Below are positions 24,014 to 39,000 of a DNA stretch of 60,000 nucleotides, in pieces. The stretch lies in assembly GCA_964187785.1 (NCBI GenBank), contig OZ076409.1:24678001-24738000 (forward strand). The letters run 5' to 3'. Origin of the DNA: Amphiscolops sp. MND2022 (lineage: Eukaryota). Both the position numbers and the translations under genes were made by a program. The notes below the pieces were generated by a model. That model searched no databases, was not told the DNA's origin, and saw only the letters and a program-made list of their open reading frames with translations. Every line of letters begins with the position of its first letter. Within the stretch, counting starts at the first letter, position 1.

Positions 24014-27000
24014 CTAGAATGAGTATGCTTTAATTCTGCAAGCATGGTCGAAAGCAGGGAAGAGCTTGCGAGAAAAGAAACACTTGACTTGCTGGGCCCA
24101 TAACTTGGTTTCACGTGGCAAGTCTTCGATCTCGTCTTCTGTGTCTGAAACAACCGCTATGCTGACTACGTTATAGAAATTATTCAAGTCTACAATCACT
24201 AATGAATCATGCTTCTAAAGCTGCATAAATAATTGAAGTTGTCGAGGATGTAAATTTAGTTTTTCGAGTTCATACGTGGTCTTACATCTACCGTATTAAC
24301 AATAGTCGCCTCAAAGCGAGCTGTAACTCTAACTACTTCATAGCTCCAATTATTAGAATTGGTGAATGTATTTCACAATTGATTTTCTCAAATTAAGATT
24401 TGGAAATAAAGTAACTAGCTTATAGCTACAATCATTAGAATTGGAGACTGCATTTTATCAAATTTACAATTTCGAAGTAAAACCTCTCATTTAAACGGAT
24501 AGTTTTCTCGACTGCAACAAAAGCTGAACAAAAGGCACCAGGATGATTAGCATGCAAAAACCTCGACAAATACAGTGGAACGCGCGCAGTAAGCCGACAA
24601 AACATCGAACCGGCAATTAATTTCAATACTGATCAAAAATGCATCAAAATAATCCTTCTAGTCAGAAATCCCAAGTTTTTAAGTTTTCCGTGAATTTCGG
24701 TGTGAAATTCGGTTTTCCCCGGTGAAATGCGCCTTGAAATTAATGGAAATTCTCCGTGAATTTGTGCCATCCATACTGAATCGGAAGAACATGATCAAGT
24801 TTTGTGAGAATGCATGCATGCATGTATGCTGATACGGACGTTACTTGATGTTTCTAGAGATAAGCGACCCCATCTGGGTGTGCTAGTTCTTCGGCAGAAA
24901 CATAATTGCATTAGAGGGAAGGAGAGTGATCGATGGGAATGTGCTCCCAGTGGCACTAAAATCAATTTCCTTCTTCCCCTTCTCAAAGATACAGAAGGAA
25001 GCAGTTACGTTGGTGAACACGGCATTCCAAGCACAAGACACAACTCTAGTCAGAAAAAGACTTCATCTCTACTCAGAGATAAAATAATAATTGAGAAAAC
25101 CGGGAAAATAATTCGGGTTTATTGCACACAAGAGGACTCTAAGTGATTTGCAATCGCTACACAAGACGCCATGAATTTGAAAAGGCTATCATAAACTTGG
25201 GAGGAAAATCACTAAAATGAAAAACTGAGAAGCCGCAGGCATCTAAACAAGCTCAATCACAAACCTTCTTCAACTTTGCTCAGTGTCTTCATGTACGATA
25301 CTGAAATGTGCAAAATATACGCACGATATAACTCGATTATCAATATACGTCTCGCTAAACATCTAGGAATTCACATCAAAAAAGAAACTATAAACTATGT
25401 AATTTCTGATAAGAACAGAAAAGAATGAAAATTGAATTATATTTTTTCGTTACTCGCATTTTGCATCTTACTCGCAGTGAAATCTCCTCGATAAGTGCGT
25501 AGGTCGATAATTGCAAGCATTCACTCACTTTCATCATATCGTAAGTTTTAAAAATGTCTGAATTCAGAAAATTATGCAAGGTCAGAATTGACTGGACTTA
25601 CATGTCGACAAAGGCGCCTTATGAATCCAAATTTTATGAAACAGAATTAGACGTGCACAGTCTGTGAATTTTATTCTTTGAAAATCACAGTAAAAAAGAC
25701 GGTTGGTTTTCTTTGGACTAAATAAAAACTTCGTAGATTTGAGATTATCATTCTTCTTTGATTGCTAATAGGCTGAAGATTAAACACATCTGTAAAAACA
25801 TCCACATGATATTTTTGCGAGGACAGTTTATAAGGTTAAGGAACAGCTGCTAATGCTCGGGTTGGAATTGAAGGGTGTCTAACCTCCTCCCCAATCAACG
25901 AAGCGGGAACTGCGAGCTGACGTCATGTTGCTCGGCACCCGAGTTACGGGACGAGAAGCTGACACAACCGGGTCATCGGTGATACCAAGAGCCAGCTCTT
26001 CGTCGGCTGAAAAGAATCTCAGTACAATATATTTCTTGATTCTATACTCAGTGTATGTTGACACGTAATCAAATGTGAGACTCATATCAACATCATACAG
26101 AAGTACTTCAATATTTTCCAGTATCCAAGCAGATCATAATTACAGGAATAGCAACAACCATCAAAACTTTTGAAAGGAGGAGCTTCGTCATCGCATCTTC
26201 AAAAGATCGACTTTAATCAAGAGAATGTTGGTTCAAGAGAATGGAGCTGAGCTCTATAAAACCATCAACTTTAGCGTATATTTAACACAGAGGCGAAGCG
26301 GTGCTTCGCAACACATGACGAAGACAACGATTATTTTAATATGCGTATATATATTATTTTAATCGCATGCGTATATATTCAACAGTTCAACTTTGTTCAA
26401 TAACGTCCCTATGGCACAGTGGTCAACACTTATGCCGTGCAATCGGGAGGCTGCAGGTTCGAATCTCTCTGGGGTTTTGGCTTTTCTCTAAAAGGCGCTT
26501 ATTATGAAGTTGGCAATTGTGGAAAAAAAACTTTCTTAGCTGGACTGCAATGCACATTGACTTCGTCATGTGCAAAAATACACTGCAAATAGTAATTTTA
26601 TAGGGAAAAGGTTTAGAATTAGACATTTTCTTTAATTTCATAGGCTCAGAACTTCCATGACAATTACTGCGAAAGTTGGATAAGAAACACTGTGCTAATT
26701 CCGTTCCAAAAAACTTACGCGAAGGATATTTAAAGTTGTTCTAATATGGTAACGATACATCATTTTCTAACGACATTGCTTAAAGATCACAAACGTAACA
26801 CATGCATCATCAATATTGGAATGTAGCAGCCACTTCTGCATATCAACCTTTTCCACTTCTTTGGGTGCCATTATCTCCTTCTCCTGCAGCAGCAGCGGCT
26901 TTCGTAGATTCGCCCGCCATGAGAGTACTATTGAGGACATCGTTAGGTTTCTCGGAACCAGTGCCTCCCGCTGCGGCAGTTGCTGCAGCCACGCCCAAAC

Positions 27001-30000
27001 TCAATGTGGATTTGCGACCACTTTTTCCTGCCTGAAAACACCAGTCAATTCAATATCATTTCGCATTTTCATAACTTTTGATTACTACTATACAGTCAAG
27101 TCAAATACCCGAGTCTTCTTTATCTGTGAGTTAACTGCAAGCTTACCTAGCGATACATTATATGCCAATTACATCTGTTGTATCCGGTTCATTTTAGGTT
27201 GCATTCTTCATCAGAAAATGCTAGTAATTTCGTTTAATTTGAGAAGATCAAAATTTTGGACTTCAGCCGATGCGGACAAAAAATCTGCTCCTGGAACCAA
27301 CGCTCTAATCACTAGGCTATTTGGTCTTTCTATTTATTACTCGCTTGAATCTCGAAAAGCATCTGATGATCGTGTGATTCCCATAAAATACTGAAAAATC
27401 TCATTGCTCCCAAAAATGAAAGGGGCGTCCCATGGTAATCACCTGAGTTTTGCATTGTCTGAAAATATCAAAACTCACAGAGGGCACACATACAGGTGGA
27501 CCCATCAGCAGTGAATTAGGTTTAACCAAAAAATGCGCTTATCGCTTGTTGCACTAATGACTGGCCCGCTAACGGTTAAGCGGCACTTTTTGAAAGGAAA
27601 CTTTGGCTCAGCGAAATTAAGTTTTCAAGCGCTGCAATTTCTTTACAACGATTCGAACTTTTGGAAATTTTGATCAGTTACTCCCTTTTCTCAACAAACT
27701 GCCACCACAAAAGACAAAAATTTCAACTGTACTAGCGTCGATTAAAACGCCCGGTTGAAAAATCTTGCCACTGTAAGAGTTGGTAACTTTTTGTTATGAA
27801 AACAGGAATACTTCCCGACCAACCAGATAAGCGTAAATTTCAGTCGTCGCGTTCGCTGTCGGCGCTTCTTCGGTATTACGTCTTCGCTATTACGTCGCTT
27901 TCGCTTCTTTTTGCGTTTTCGCTAACAAGCGACCTAATTCATTACCCATTGGTATTTTTTCCAAAATTGCCGAATTTTTTTTATAAACGAACGCACCAAC
28001 ACAATCACGCAATGTTGTATTAGGCATTTCTTTACCTATAATCCGTCGAAAGCCAAACAATCTATAACCAAGATACGCTATAACTCGAGTTCAATACGTT
28101 ATAGCCGAATTCAATAATGCTATTTTCACTTTCTGCTATTTTCCCAGTTTTGGGCAGGTTTTCGATTTTTTTTTCTGAAAATTTCAAATTCATCGAGTTC
28201 TGCAGATTGTATAGAATTCAATGACATTTTTTGTTTCAAAAACATTCTAAATGAAAAAATAATCGGTTTTTCGCCGCGAAAAGTTCATTTCTTATCTTAA
28301 TACATGTAAATCGACGAAATTTTTCCTTTCGAGGAACATATTTCGAAAACGTTTGATAAATTTTGAAATCGAAAAAAATCCATAAATTCAGTAGATTTGT
28401 TCGAGTTATTTGAGCATAAAACTTGCCAAAAAAACTGTGGATAAAACGGTCAAAAATTAGAAAAACGGAAAAAAGTCCCAAATTTGCTCAAAATCAGCCA
28501 TATTTAACTTTCTCAATTTTTGTCCCTGAAAAATTTAAAAAAAACACTAATATAAACTAGATGAAATTCTAAGAAACTTTTATTTCTGATGTTTTTGAAA
28601 ATTCGCAACAGATTTCGAGAAAATCGAGCCTAAAATCGCCCCGGGAACCTTTCTTAATCACAGTACTGTAATTGTCAACAAGATGTCAGAAGTATTCTAA
28701 GTTTTTGCGTGTCAACGTTTGTCAGAAAACATTTCAAAGCAATTTCGTTTGATTAGGCATTTTCTCTTGGAAGCGAGAATTTTCCCATTGAAATTGAGAA
28801 CGAAGAGACGTCTATATTTAGTCGGCGCATTTTAGAAGAAAATGAGCCCGACTATTACAGTGGCTAGTTTTTTTTTTCGTCAGATAACAGAATGTATGCG
28901 TAGTGGACACTTTTTACAGAACAGAACTACTAAACTAAAGTACTGGATCGGCAAACGGGGAGCGTATTTAAGATAGTGCAAAGGGTCCCCCCTTTCAGTT
29001 ACTCCATTTTTATCGTAAGATACAAAACCTGACGAGACAATAGGGTTCCCCTTTGAGTTTTTTTCGGCACTGTGCGACTTTTTTTTCGAAATTTTTTTTG
29101 TCTCCAAAGGGTACCCCTTCAATTTTTTGCTGTTTTGCGACAAAATGGATGTTGGAAAATTCCAAAGGGTCCCCCCTTTCAGTTTTTTTCGGCACTGTGA
29201 GATTTTTTTTTCGAAAATAAAAAATTTTCATCCCTTCAATTTTTTGATGTTTTGCGACTGAATGGATGGTGAAAAACCCCAAAAGGTCCCTCCTTTCAGT
29301 TTTTTTCGGCACTGTGAGATTTTTTTCCGAAAATTATTTTCTCTCCAAAGGGTCCCCCTTCAATTTCTTTGATATTTTACAACACATTGGGTGTTTAAAA
29401 ATCCCAAAGGGTCCCCCCTTTCAGTTTTTCGGCATTGTGAGACTTTTTTTCGAAAATAAAAAAATTTTCATCCCTTCAATTTTTTGATGTTTTGCGACTG
29501 AATGGATGGTGAAAAACCCCAAAAGGTCCCTTCTTTCAGCTTTTTTCGGCACTGAGATTTTTTTCCGAAAATCATTTTCTCTCCAAAGGGTCCCCCTTCA
29601 ATTTCTTTGATATTTTACAACACATTGGGTGTTTAAAAATCCCAAAGGGTCCCCCCTTTCAGTTTTTCGGCATTGTGAGACTTTTCGAAAATTTGTTTTT
29701 TCTCCAAAGGGTTCCTCCTTCAACTGCAACAAAAATGTTGACAATTTCGGAAGTGTCCCTCTTTTAGCGCGCCAGGGGCTCGCGCTAGCGGGCCCCGGCG
29801 CGCCACTCAGTCCATTTTTTTGCTTTTTCGAAAAAAAAAAAATCGATAAAATTTCGAAAAAAATTTTTTTAACTTTTTTTTCAAAAAAAGTCTTTTGCGC
29901 TTTTTGAGCCTTAGATATGGCGCCGACTTTAGACGTTCTCGTCTTGTTCTGATTGTTGGAACCATCCTTAGTTAGGGATGTGATTTCTTTAAGATCTTCA

Positions 30001-33000
30001 TTCTATATATTTGACAGAAAAATTGAAAGATTTTCAGTGTCTTGCTTGCATTACGTTTTTGAAGACGCAAATTTTTGTGTTCCGTTTTTCTTGGGGTTCA
30101 CCTAATAGTACTTGTCACAGTAATTATTGGTACTTGATAGTAACTTTTTGCCTCAATGTTGGATTGTTAGATCTTGTTAGATCTGAATTTAATAATAAAA
30201 TAATTGAATAATTAAATAGATATCTTCTAGTAAACATTATCCATTTTGTTACTCTTAATAATTACAATGAAATTTCTGGATTTGCTAATACAAAATTTCC
30301 GGTGACGTAAAGTAACTCCAATAATTTCGTTATACCGGCTAATACATTCCAATTGGGAAATACAAAAAGTTCCAGGACTAAGGCAAGCTTCGAAATCATG
30401 TTCCACAGCCCGACAGATGGTGGAACTAGTCAAATGGGGTGAAGTAAAATTACTGAAGACTTTCTACTTCAACTCAATACAATTCATTGTTAAATTCAGA
30501 GTTTCCCTCTAAATTAAGTGCTTTGACCGGCGTTTCTTATCTGAATTCATAAAGTTAGCTAAAAACTGTCCATAGTAAAATTGTAAAAAACGTTTGGGCA
30601 ATATTAAATAGTCCAAATATTTCATCGGATCTTTTCTGTTTATCCCCTCCCCCCACAGTAAGCGCGAAAATTTTAATACCTCAACCCCTCCCCCCAATAT
30701 GAGCGATGAGTTCCAGTTAGACCTATAAAATATGCAATAGACGTTTGTCAGGAAACATTTCAAAGCAATTTCGTTTGATTAGGCATTTTCTCTTGGAAGC
30801 GAGAATTTCCCCCATTGAAATTGAGAACGAAGAGACGTCTATTTTTCTGATTGTTGGAACCATCCTTAGTTAGGGATGTGATTTCTTTAAGATCTTCATT
30901 CTAAATATTTGACAGAAAAATTGAAAGATTTTCAGTGTCTTGCTTGCATTTCAGTGTCTTGCTTGCATTATCCATTTTGTTACTCTTAATAATTACAATG
31001 AAATTTCTGGATTTGCTAATACAAAATTTCCGGTGACGTAAAGTAACTGCAATAATTTCGTTATACCGGCTAATACATTCCAATTGGGAAATACAAAAAA
31101 GTTCTATCTCATTCCTCAGTTTAAAAATTGCCCCTTTGAACTCTGGGCCATCATTCCTGTTGCAGACCAACATAGTTTCGCTTCGCACGGTCCCCATTTT
31201 GTGAATGAGGAGAGTGAACGAGATAAAGAAAAAGCGAGAAAGATATAAAATATGCAATTTGATTGGTTGTTTCTATTAATTCAATGATAATTCCACCTAA
31301 CTGGGGGGATTAAATGGGTGGGGGAAGAAACAGAAAAGATCCATCCATTTCATTTTAAACGGCGAAACACAGGAAATGCCAATTAGCGCACCATTATCTA
31401 CGTACAGTTCTCTGTAGCGTTAGAGATTTGATGAAACCGTCCAACTGATGAGAACAACGGATAAACAGGATGAAGAAACAATTGACGAATAACCTGAGAA
31501 GCAGCGGTTTCGTTGTTTTGTTCAGCCGCAATGTTGACACTCTCCTCGGCGGCGGCTCCACCCTCACCAACATACTCCTCTTCCTCGTTGTCGATCTAAA
31601 CAAAAATGTCATTACTCTCTACAAAAACAACTCCATCATCAAGCAAAATTGCATTACTCAAATGGGGCAAAGTACGGCTTCTATTGCCATTGTAATAGTA
31701 AACTAAGCGAATAGAGGGAGAGAAAACGAAGCTTGATAACATTTAAGGAAAACAATTAAATTTGGATGAATGAGTTATATGATTTGGTTAAAAAGTTGAA
31801 GGCGTTGATATGGGTTCATTTGAGTGGAATAAACCCGCAAAATACTCACTGTCCGAGCTCCACCAATATTAAACTGTTAAAAAAAATGCATCTTTCCTTA
31901 ATTTCTATTGAAGACCAATAAAATCAAAAAGCTTCACAAGCTTTTATTATTTTCCGCCCACATAAATGGGAGAGGAAAATCATGATCTGTGATGCGTTTT
32001 TTACAAATTCTCCTAAAACTCCACTTTATCTCCACTCCATGGAGTGATTTACTAGCGAAAGTTACAACTAAGTTACTTCAATTATGGTGGTCAGGTTGTA
32101 GGTCCTGGGTTCGAACCCGGGCTGGTGCTTGATTTTTAGTCGGCGCCTTTTCCCGTACTCTTACAGTGTAAAAAAGCCCAACTCTTACAGTGAGTAGTTT
32201 TTTCTTTTTTTTTTCAGTCGACAATCTCACTCTGAGTGGTCCACTTTTCTTACAATCTTTGTTCACATTTGTTCAACTAATTTTCTGAGAAGCAGTAGAT
32301 CGTGGGTTCGATTCTCGCACTAAACCATAAATTTTTTAATGCTTCCAAAAGTACAGGTGAGACCAAAGGGTCCCCCCTTTGGCTTTTTTTCGGCACTATG
32401 CGACTTTTTTCGAAAATTTTCGAATTTTATCAAAGGGTACCACCTTGCATTTTTTTGAAGTTTTCGGTTTGTAGAAAACGTTGAATGAGCCTGAATGGCC
32501 TCTTTTTGAGTTTTTCGGCATTGTGCGACTTAAAAAATACTTTTTCGAAAAAAAAATGAAAAATAATTTTTGAAAAAAAAAAATTTCCAAATATTTCCAA
32601 TAGTTGTTCCTTGAATATTTTTGAGCCTAAGATATGGCGCCGACTTGGGACGTTCCCGTCTTGTTTTTTGTTTCCCAGCCGGTGGGTCGTGGGTTCGAAC
32701 CTCTCCTTCGCCATACTTCTTTTGCAATAAGTGTGTCGCTGAAAATATCCCGGTGCTTAGCGGACGTCTTGTTCATTAATGGATTGAATTCTTGTTGACG
32801 AGCCGACAGTCAAGTCTAAGTACATGAATTAAAACATGCTTAATGTCATCATTTCATGAAATATGTGAGTAGAATACTGGTCTATTTGAAACTGCGAGAT
32901 GACACGCACATCGACAAATGACGCAACAAAGATATCTTGACTTTCACGCCTCCAGAAGCAACCGGTCGAACAGTTTGCACTTCGCGAGCCATACTGTACA

Positions 33001-36000
33001 AAAAGAAACTTGAACTATTTATGTTTGATAACAACTGCAAAGCTAACTAAAAATTGAAACACTGAAAAGTTTTCGTTCAAAAGACAAAAGGTTAGCCGCT
33101 GCTTTTCAACTACAGCAAACTACGTTCTGAAGTGCTCTTTTCTCAACTTTAAAGCAACGTTCCTTATTTGGACATTCCAAACATTAACCACTCGTCTCGT
33201 CGTTCCAGTCCCTCTACATGTCATTTTCCAAAGGGATAGCTACGTATATAGAGCCAATTACTCTCGTTACCTGGCTTATTTGACTTGGACTTGTTCCTTG
33301 AAGAAGTGCCAATTTGGAGTTGGCGTCCATGCCGGTGAAAACTGTTTCGGCTAGTTCCTCAGACGCCAAGGTGCTGGTTCTTCCGTTGGCTCCAGCCACT
33401 GCCACTGTGATCTGGGGAGTCGCGGGTGGGGGCTCTTTAAGCACTTCGTCAGTCACGTAGATAGTCGCCAACGTTAGCAAACATTCGATGAACTCCAGTA
33501 ATGTTAGCTGCAAATATTAACAGCATTCTGCAATATTGCCAGAATTGGGATTCAAATCGAGTTTAAAATGGACACGTTGGCATCCATTCATATAACTTTG
33601 CAAGTGATGCGGAGCAAGTAATCAAACGTAAAATACTTATAGTCGTGACCTAGCATTTCAAGAAGTTGCTTGTTTGATAAGTTCTTACTTGCTTTTTAGT
33701 CGGTGCTTTTAGAATAAAAGAGCCCGACTATTACAGTCACTCAGTTTTTTCTACAAGACCGACTCGAATGCGGCGAAATTTTTGTTCAGTTTGTTCAACT
33801 AAACGAATACCTCGGAAACGAATCTAACTGATAGCAAAGGGTCCCCCTTTCATTTTTCACATTTTAAACGTAACATACAAAACCGGACGAGACTAAAGGG
33901 TCCCCCTTTCATTTTTTCCGGCGCTGTGAGACTTTTTTCGAAATGTTTTGTCTCCTAAGGGTCTCCCTTCGATTTTATTGAAGTACCCCCTCGTAATATC
34001 CAGAGTAAAGCGCTATATCCGAACTTTTGACGTTATATCCGAACTATATTGCGTTTTAGTAAGGAGGAGACGGAGGTTCAAAGACAAGAGATTTCGAAAA
34101 ACTGCGCTTTTTGAGCCTTAGATATAGCGCCGACTTTAGACGCTCCCGTCTGGTTAGTTTTTAAAATAGGCCCCTCCGGGGCTCAGTACTATTTCTGCTG
34201 TAATCTTTCATTAATAATAGAATCATATCTGGAATACCAATACACTCCTGTTTAATCATTATTTAGCACACATTTAATCACTGTACAAGTTTACACCGCC
34301 TTTAATTCTTCTCGGACTAAAGAAAAATAACTACTAAGCGTAGACGAAGTTTCGCATTCGCATTTGAAGGCAGGCGAAGCTCTCAACGAACGAATAATTA
34401 ACACTCATTCGCTTCATCTCAATAACTCGGGGCAACAAAAGCACAATTACGAACATTCGCTCGCTTCATCTCAATGACGTCAGCATACGAATGGATAATT
34501 ACCACTCGCTCGTTCCAAAGCACGAGAATTGAATTGTCGTCGGCAGCTTGAGAAATTTAATTCTCACGCTTAAAGTCACTGCGGAACAAAATATCTGAAT
34601 TATTCAGTATCGTGCCAAGAATTGTACTGAACAAAAAAAAGTAGACAGTTTGAGATTTCAATAACATTCCTGCTAAAGCAGAAATATTAATAAGGGGATT
34701 TGAAGAAAAATGAAACTGAAAGTTCTAGTTCTCCAATCTCCACGGAATTAACGGGTAAAACTATTGAGAATATTTAGATACATAGTTCTATCACCTTCAG
34801 TGATTTTCCTTTCAACGAGCCCGTAAAGCAAAAGACTGAGTCGTGCACTCACTATCTTGCATTTTTAGTCGGCGCTTTTCATGAAAAGAGCCTACTATAG
34901 TCATGGCTTTTCGTCAGTGTTTTTAAATAAAAAAATTTTTCGATACACCTGAAGTGACCAAAATAGTTCTACCAAATGTTCTACAAAATTTTAAATTGCC
35001 CCTATTGGCCCAGGGAACTGAACCAAAAAGTTTTCCCGCGTAACATACAATACCGGATGAGACTGAAGGGTCCCCCTTTCATTTTTGTTCGGCATTGCCA
35101 GACTTTTTGTCGGAAAAATTTTCCCCAAAGGGTCCCCCTTCAATTCTTTGGAGTTTTGCGATAGAATGGATGTTCAAAAATCTCAAAGGATCCTCCCTTT
35201 CCTTTTTTTTCGGCAAAGGGACTTTTTTCAAAACTTTTTTTCGGGTGCTGTAGAAGAGAATACTTTGACACGTGGTTGTCCTTTTGCTATTTTTGAGCCT
35301 TCGATGTGGCGCCGACTTGGGCCGGTCCCGGCTTGTTTTAGAAAGATTTGACATGATGTATCGGAAGAAATACCTCAAGTTCAACGTTGCAGTTGTCTCC
35401 GTCGTAGACTCTAGGGTCATCAGCTGCTAGAACTTGCAGAACGACTTTGCTGCTCAGTCTGTCATTGATGAGTTTGAAGTCGGACAACATGTGCAACACA
35501 TCACGCGCATTCACAGTCACGTCATTCGGAAAGTTCTTGGGTTGCACCTGAAAAGGAAATACATTAAACCGTGAACTGATCCAAATAGTAAACATGAACT
35601 AATCCTCACAGGATCCCGACACCATCAAATTCACAAGAGGTTCAGAGGAACAAAAGCTTTCCACGTACAAGTTTGTTGAGATTTTGGTGACTTTTGATTA
35701 GGATAAATAACATCGTCAATTTCTAATCGGTAACATTTTATCTCTACTTTGATCAAAACTTGAATGAAGTATCCAGCCGTGTCAAAAAAGAGTGATATAC
35801 GAACATCTCAGCCTTCACATAACTTCATATAATAAGTCAGAATCTTGAATCAATTGAAGTGATGAAACGAACCCGAAGTGGTCGGCATATGAATATGTAA
35901 AGATCGCACACTTTGTCCAAGTAATCCATGGCGATCTTGGCTTTGTTGCGGTCAGCTAGCAGAGAGCCTTTCACTTTGCATGCATTCTTCTTGACATTTC

Positions 36001-39000
36001 TTTCCAGGAACTTCGACAGGCAAGAAGCGACCACATTCTTGTCGTTCCTAAAACACAGACAAGAACATGTGATAGACAAGAACTTGAAAACGACTTGAGA
36101 ATCTCACTCTATGCAAATTTAGTGACCCAAAAAAGGGGTAAATAAGTTAATTAGTCAGTAAAACTGCAACACTGAAAGATGCCGGATTGCTCTGAAATTG
36201 CACAAACTCAAAATCAACTGATTAAATCAAGTTTCATTCCGATATGACTAATAATCGATCGCTGACTTGCCTGCATTCATTGAAGAAGACATTGAACGAA
36301 ATCACGACCAAGCTGTTGACGAAGTCGAGGAACAGAAACTTCGAGTTCGGTTGATGGGGTGAATTTTGTCCATCCCCAGAATCTTCCGATAACAAGGACG
36401 GCAAAAACGCGCCTGAAAAGTGCCTAAGTTATGCTGCTTATAACTGTCAAAAGCTGTTCTATCAAAGTACTGACGCCCGCAGAGATGACCCTATAATCAT
36501 TGATTATAGAATTCATTATAGCTTTCGCTATTAATTGAAAAAATATAATTCTATTATAGATCCAATTTTTGTCAATAGTTTGATTATAGCTTCAATCCTT
36601 GTGCCCATCTAGGGTAGTCAGCTTAAGGAGAAAAGAGTTGAAAATTTTTTGAAAAAAATAACGAAACATTGAAGACCATGAACTAATTATTATAACATTC
36701 AAGGATGAGTCTAGTTTTCAAATTTCGAGGCAAAATTCTCATTCCTGTATTCATCGAGAGGTATGATTGGTCAATGATAGCGGCAATTATAGAATTCTAT
36801 TATAGAAATTCCATATATGTTAATATTATAGCCCCTATAATAGCTGCTGCCGTTTCAATAATATAGCATTTAATATAGGATTGCTATAATAGACTATAAT
36901 AGAATTTCGAGCTATGGTCATCTGTGGACCCCCGTAAGATTAAGGGTCAGCGATTTGCGTTCAAGGTCAGCGAGAAACTTTTGAATTTGTAAGCAATGGG
37001 CTTTTCATTTTGGAAATTTGGAACGAAAAAGTTTAAGAATTATGAATCCTGGCCCGAGCATGCGGACAGAAATGAAGACCATTGTGTTTTATTCACCTAA
37101 GAGTCGATCAACTTCAATGACAGTTATGTCGTGCTCGTTGATATGGATGTCCTTCAAGAATCGCCAGAATTGGAGTCTGTCCATGACGAAAGTGTTGTCA
37201 TCGCCAGCTCCTGCACTTGCGGGTCCTCTAAAATTGTCCTTACAAAGCTTGGAATAAAAGGTATAGATCTTGCGAAGCAGCGAGATGTTCCTCAGCACGC
37301 AGAAGTTGATCTGAAAAGGAAAATGAAAGTGATAAGTAAATATTTGCAGCATGTTAGAGAAAACAAAAAATTGGCCACAGTTACCTGCAAACTTTCTTCC
37401 TCGCGCTTCTCTTCAGGGAAATTCAACAGAATCTGCTCCAAGTCCAAGGAGAAACTGGGCGCAACTGACTGGACAGCAGATACACTCATCTCTGATGTAA
37501 TAGATGCGTCATCTGTACAAAAAATAGTTTTAACAAAAACAAAGGTGCAAATAAAATTGAGTCTCTTTAGATGAGAATATTTTAAATACCAGGAATTCCT
37601 GCATTTTCTCTATCTGCTGATCTAGTTCGAAGCTCTCCGATATCAGGCGTGCGCAAACCATCCATTGTGAATTCAGGATGTTGCACCATTTTGTCATTCT
37701 CAAACTGACCCTCAAAAACTCTTCCGTTTTTGAAAGTAACCACACCCTAAAAACGACAATGTTTACTTTGATCATAATGAACAGTTACGTCACTAAAATG
37801 AAGTAGAAATACAAACATTTCCGTGTTTTTGGTTAGCATGCCATTGGCCCTCGTATTTGGAGCCGTTGGCATAAGTGAAGGTTCCAGTACCCTGGCGAAG
37901 CCCTTTGTGCCACTGGCCGTAGTACTGGTTCCTCTGAGGGTATTGGGACCCCGGTAGACGCCTCAGAAACCACGTGTGCTCTCCCACACCATGCTGAAAA
38001 GTGATTTCTAAATGAGACATTCATGTTTTTATACAGTTTACAATCCATAAAGTTCAGGCACTTTCGTTCAATTGAACGACAAGCTTTTCCAAGAAATGAT
38101 CAGTTTCGACTTTGGAAGGGGCATGGTTTAGTAGCTGAAGTATTTCGCATGTACTAGAGCGGTATCAGGTTCGAATCTCTCTCAACTCGCCTTTGTGGGT
38201 CCTTAAACAAGTCGTTCATCCCTAGCTTAGTGATATGGTCAGTGAAAAAATATATAATGCATTTAGCAGAGCAGTCAGACCTTTATGAATTAAGCACGTC
38301 ACTTTGAGACCATTGCTTTACCATTTAGCTGCAAATATGGCATCAAAGCTTGCTCTGGAGAGATAAAATCTGAAAAGACTCCGACTGTATAAACATCGAT
38401 TGGAACTTGAAACTTACTTGAAATCAATGAAGGGTCCAGCGAAATGGAGAATAGTTGACTTCAGGTGTGCTTCGTCAGCACACCCCAAAGTAATAATTAG
38501 ATACCTAGGACTTCCGGCAGAAGAATGTACATTATGTGGGCTGCCAGGAACTCCAGATGAGTACCATCTACTTTTTGTGTGTAAAAAGTTTGAAAATAGA
38601 CGTAAGACCCTTTTACCAGATTTTTATCACTCATTCCCGAATGTTATCAAGTATGACCAGCTGATGAATACAATATAAAGCTCTTGAAAAATCTTTGTTT
38701 TATGTGGTGCTATTCATGAAATGCCTCTAAAAACCTCAGCTGAAACAATGCTCAGTTCTTTAAATTTGTAAGCCTGCGGGCAACAAATAATGAATAAATC
38801 TTCTTCTTCTCCGACTTAGAAAAACAAAAAACTGCTTATTCGGGGTCCACCTGCCAAAATTGGGCAATTAAACTTTCTTGTTCTTGGAAAATGATACCCA
38901 AAAAGCGAAGCTGAGACTCACTTGTAGGCCGTCTTCCCAATCTCCTTCGTAAGTTTCGTTGTTGCGGTCGTGCCATCGCATCGTGCCATAGCCATGTCTC

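Noticed and set aside
26405..26485. Functional tRNA gene
   Set aside because: A and B boxes are present but there is no proper acceptor stem; more likely SINE-derived.
26802..27394. Plus-strand ORFs 26802-27035 and 26816-27394 (also 37131-37574, 40442-40789, 52501-52977)
   Set aside because: Antisense shadows of minus-strand exons.
28880..29907. Lys/Phe-rich ORFs (KKTERGDPL.., KGPPF..) here and at 720-1052, 32302-32727, 41223-41789, 44079-44708, 51211-51823, 56569-58974
   Set aside because: Translations of non-coding HINE tandem modules; the frames are not conserved between copies.
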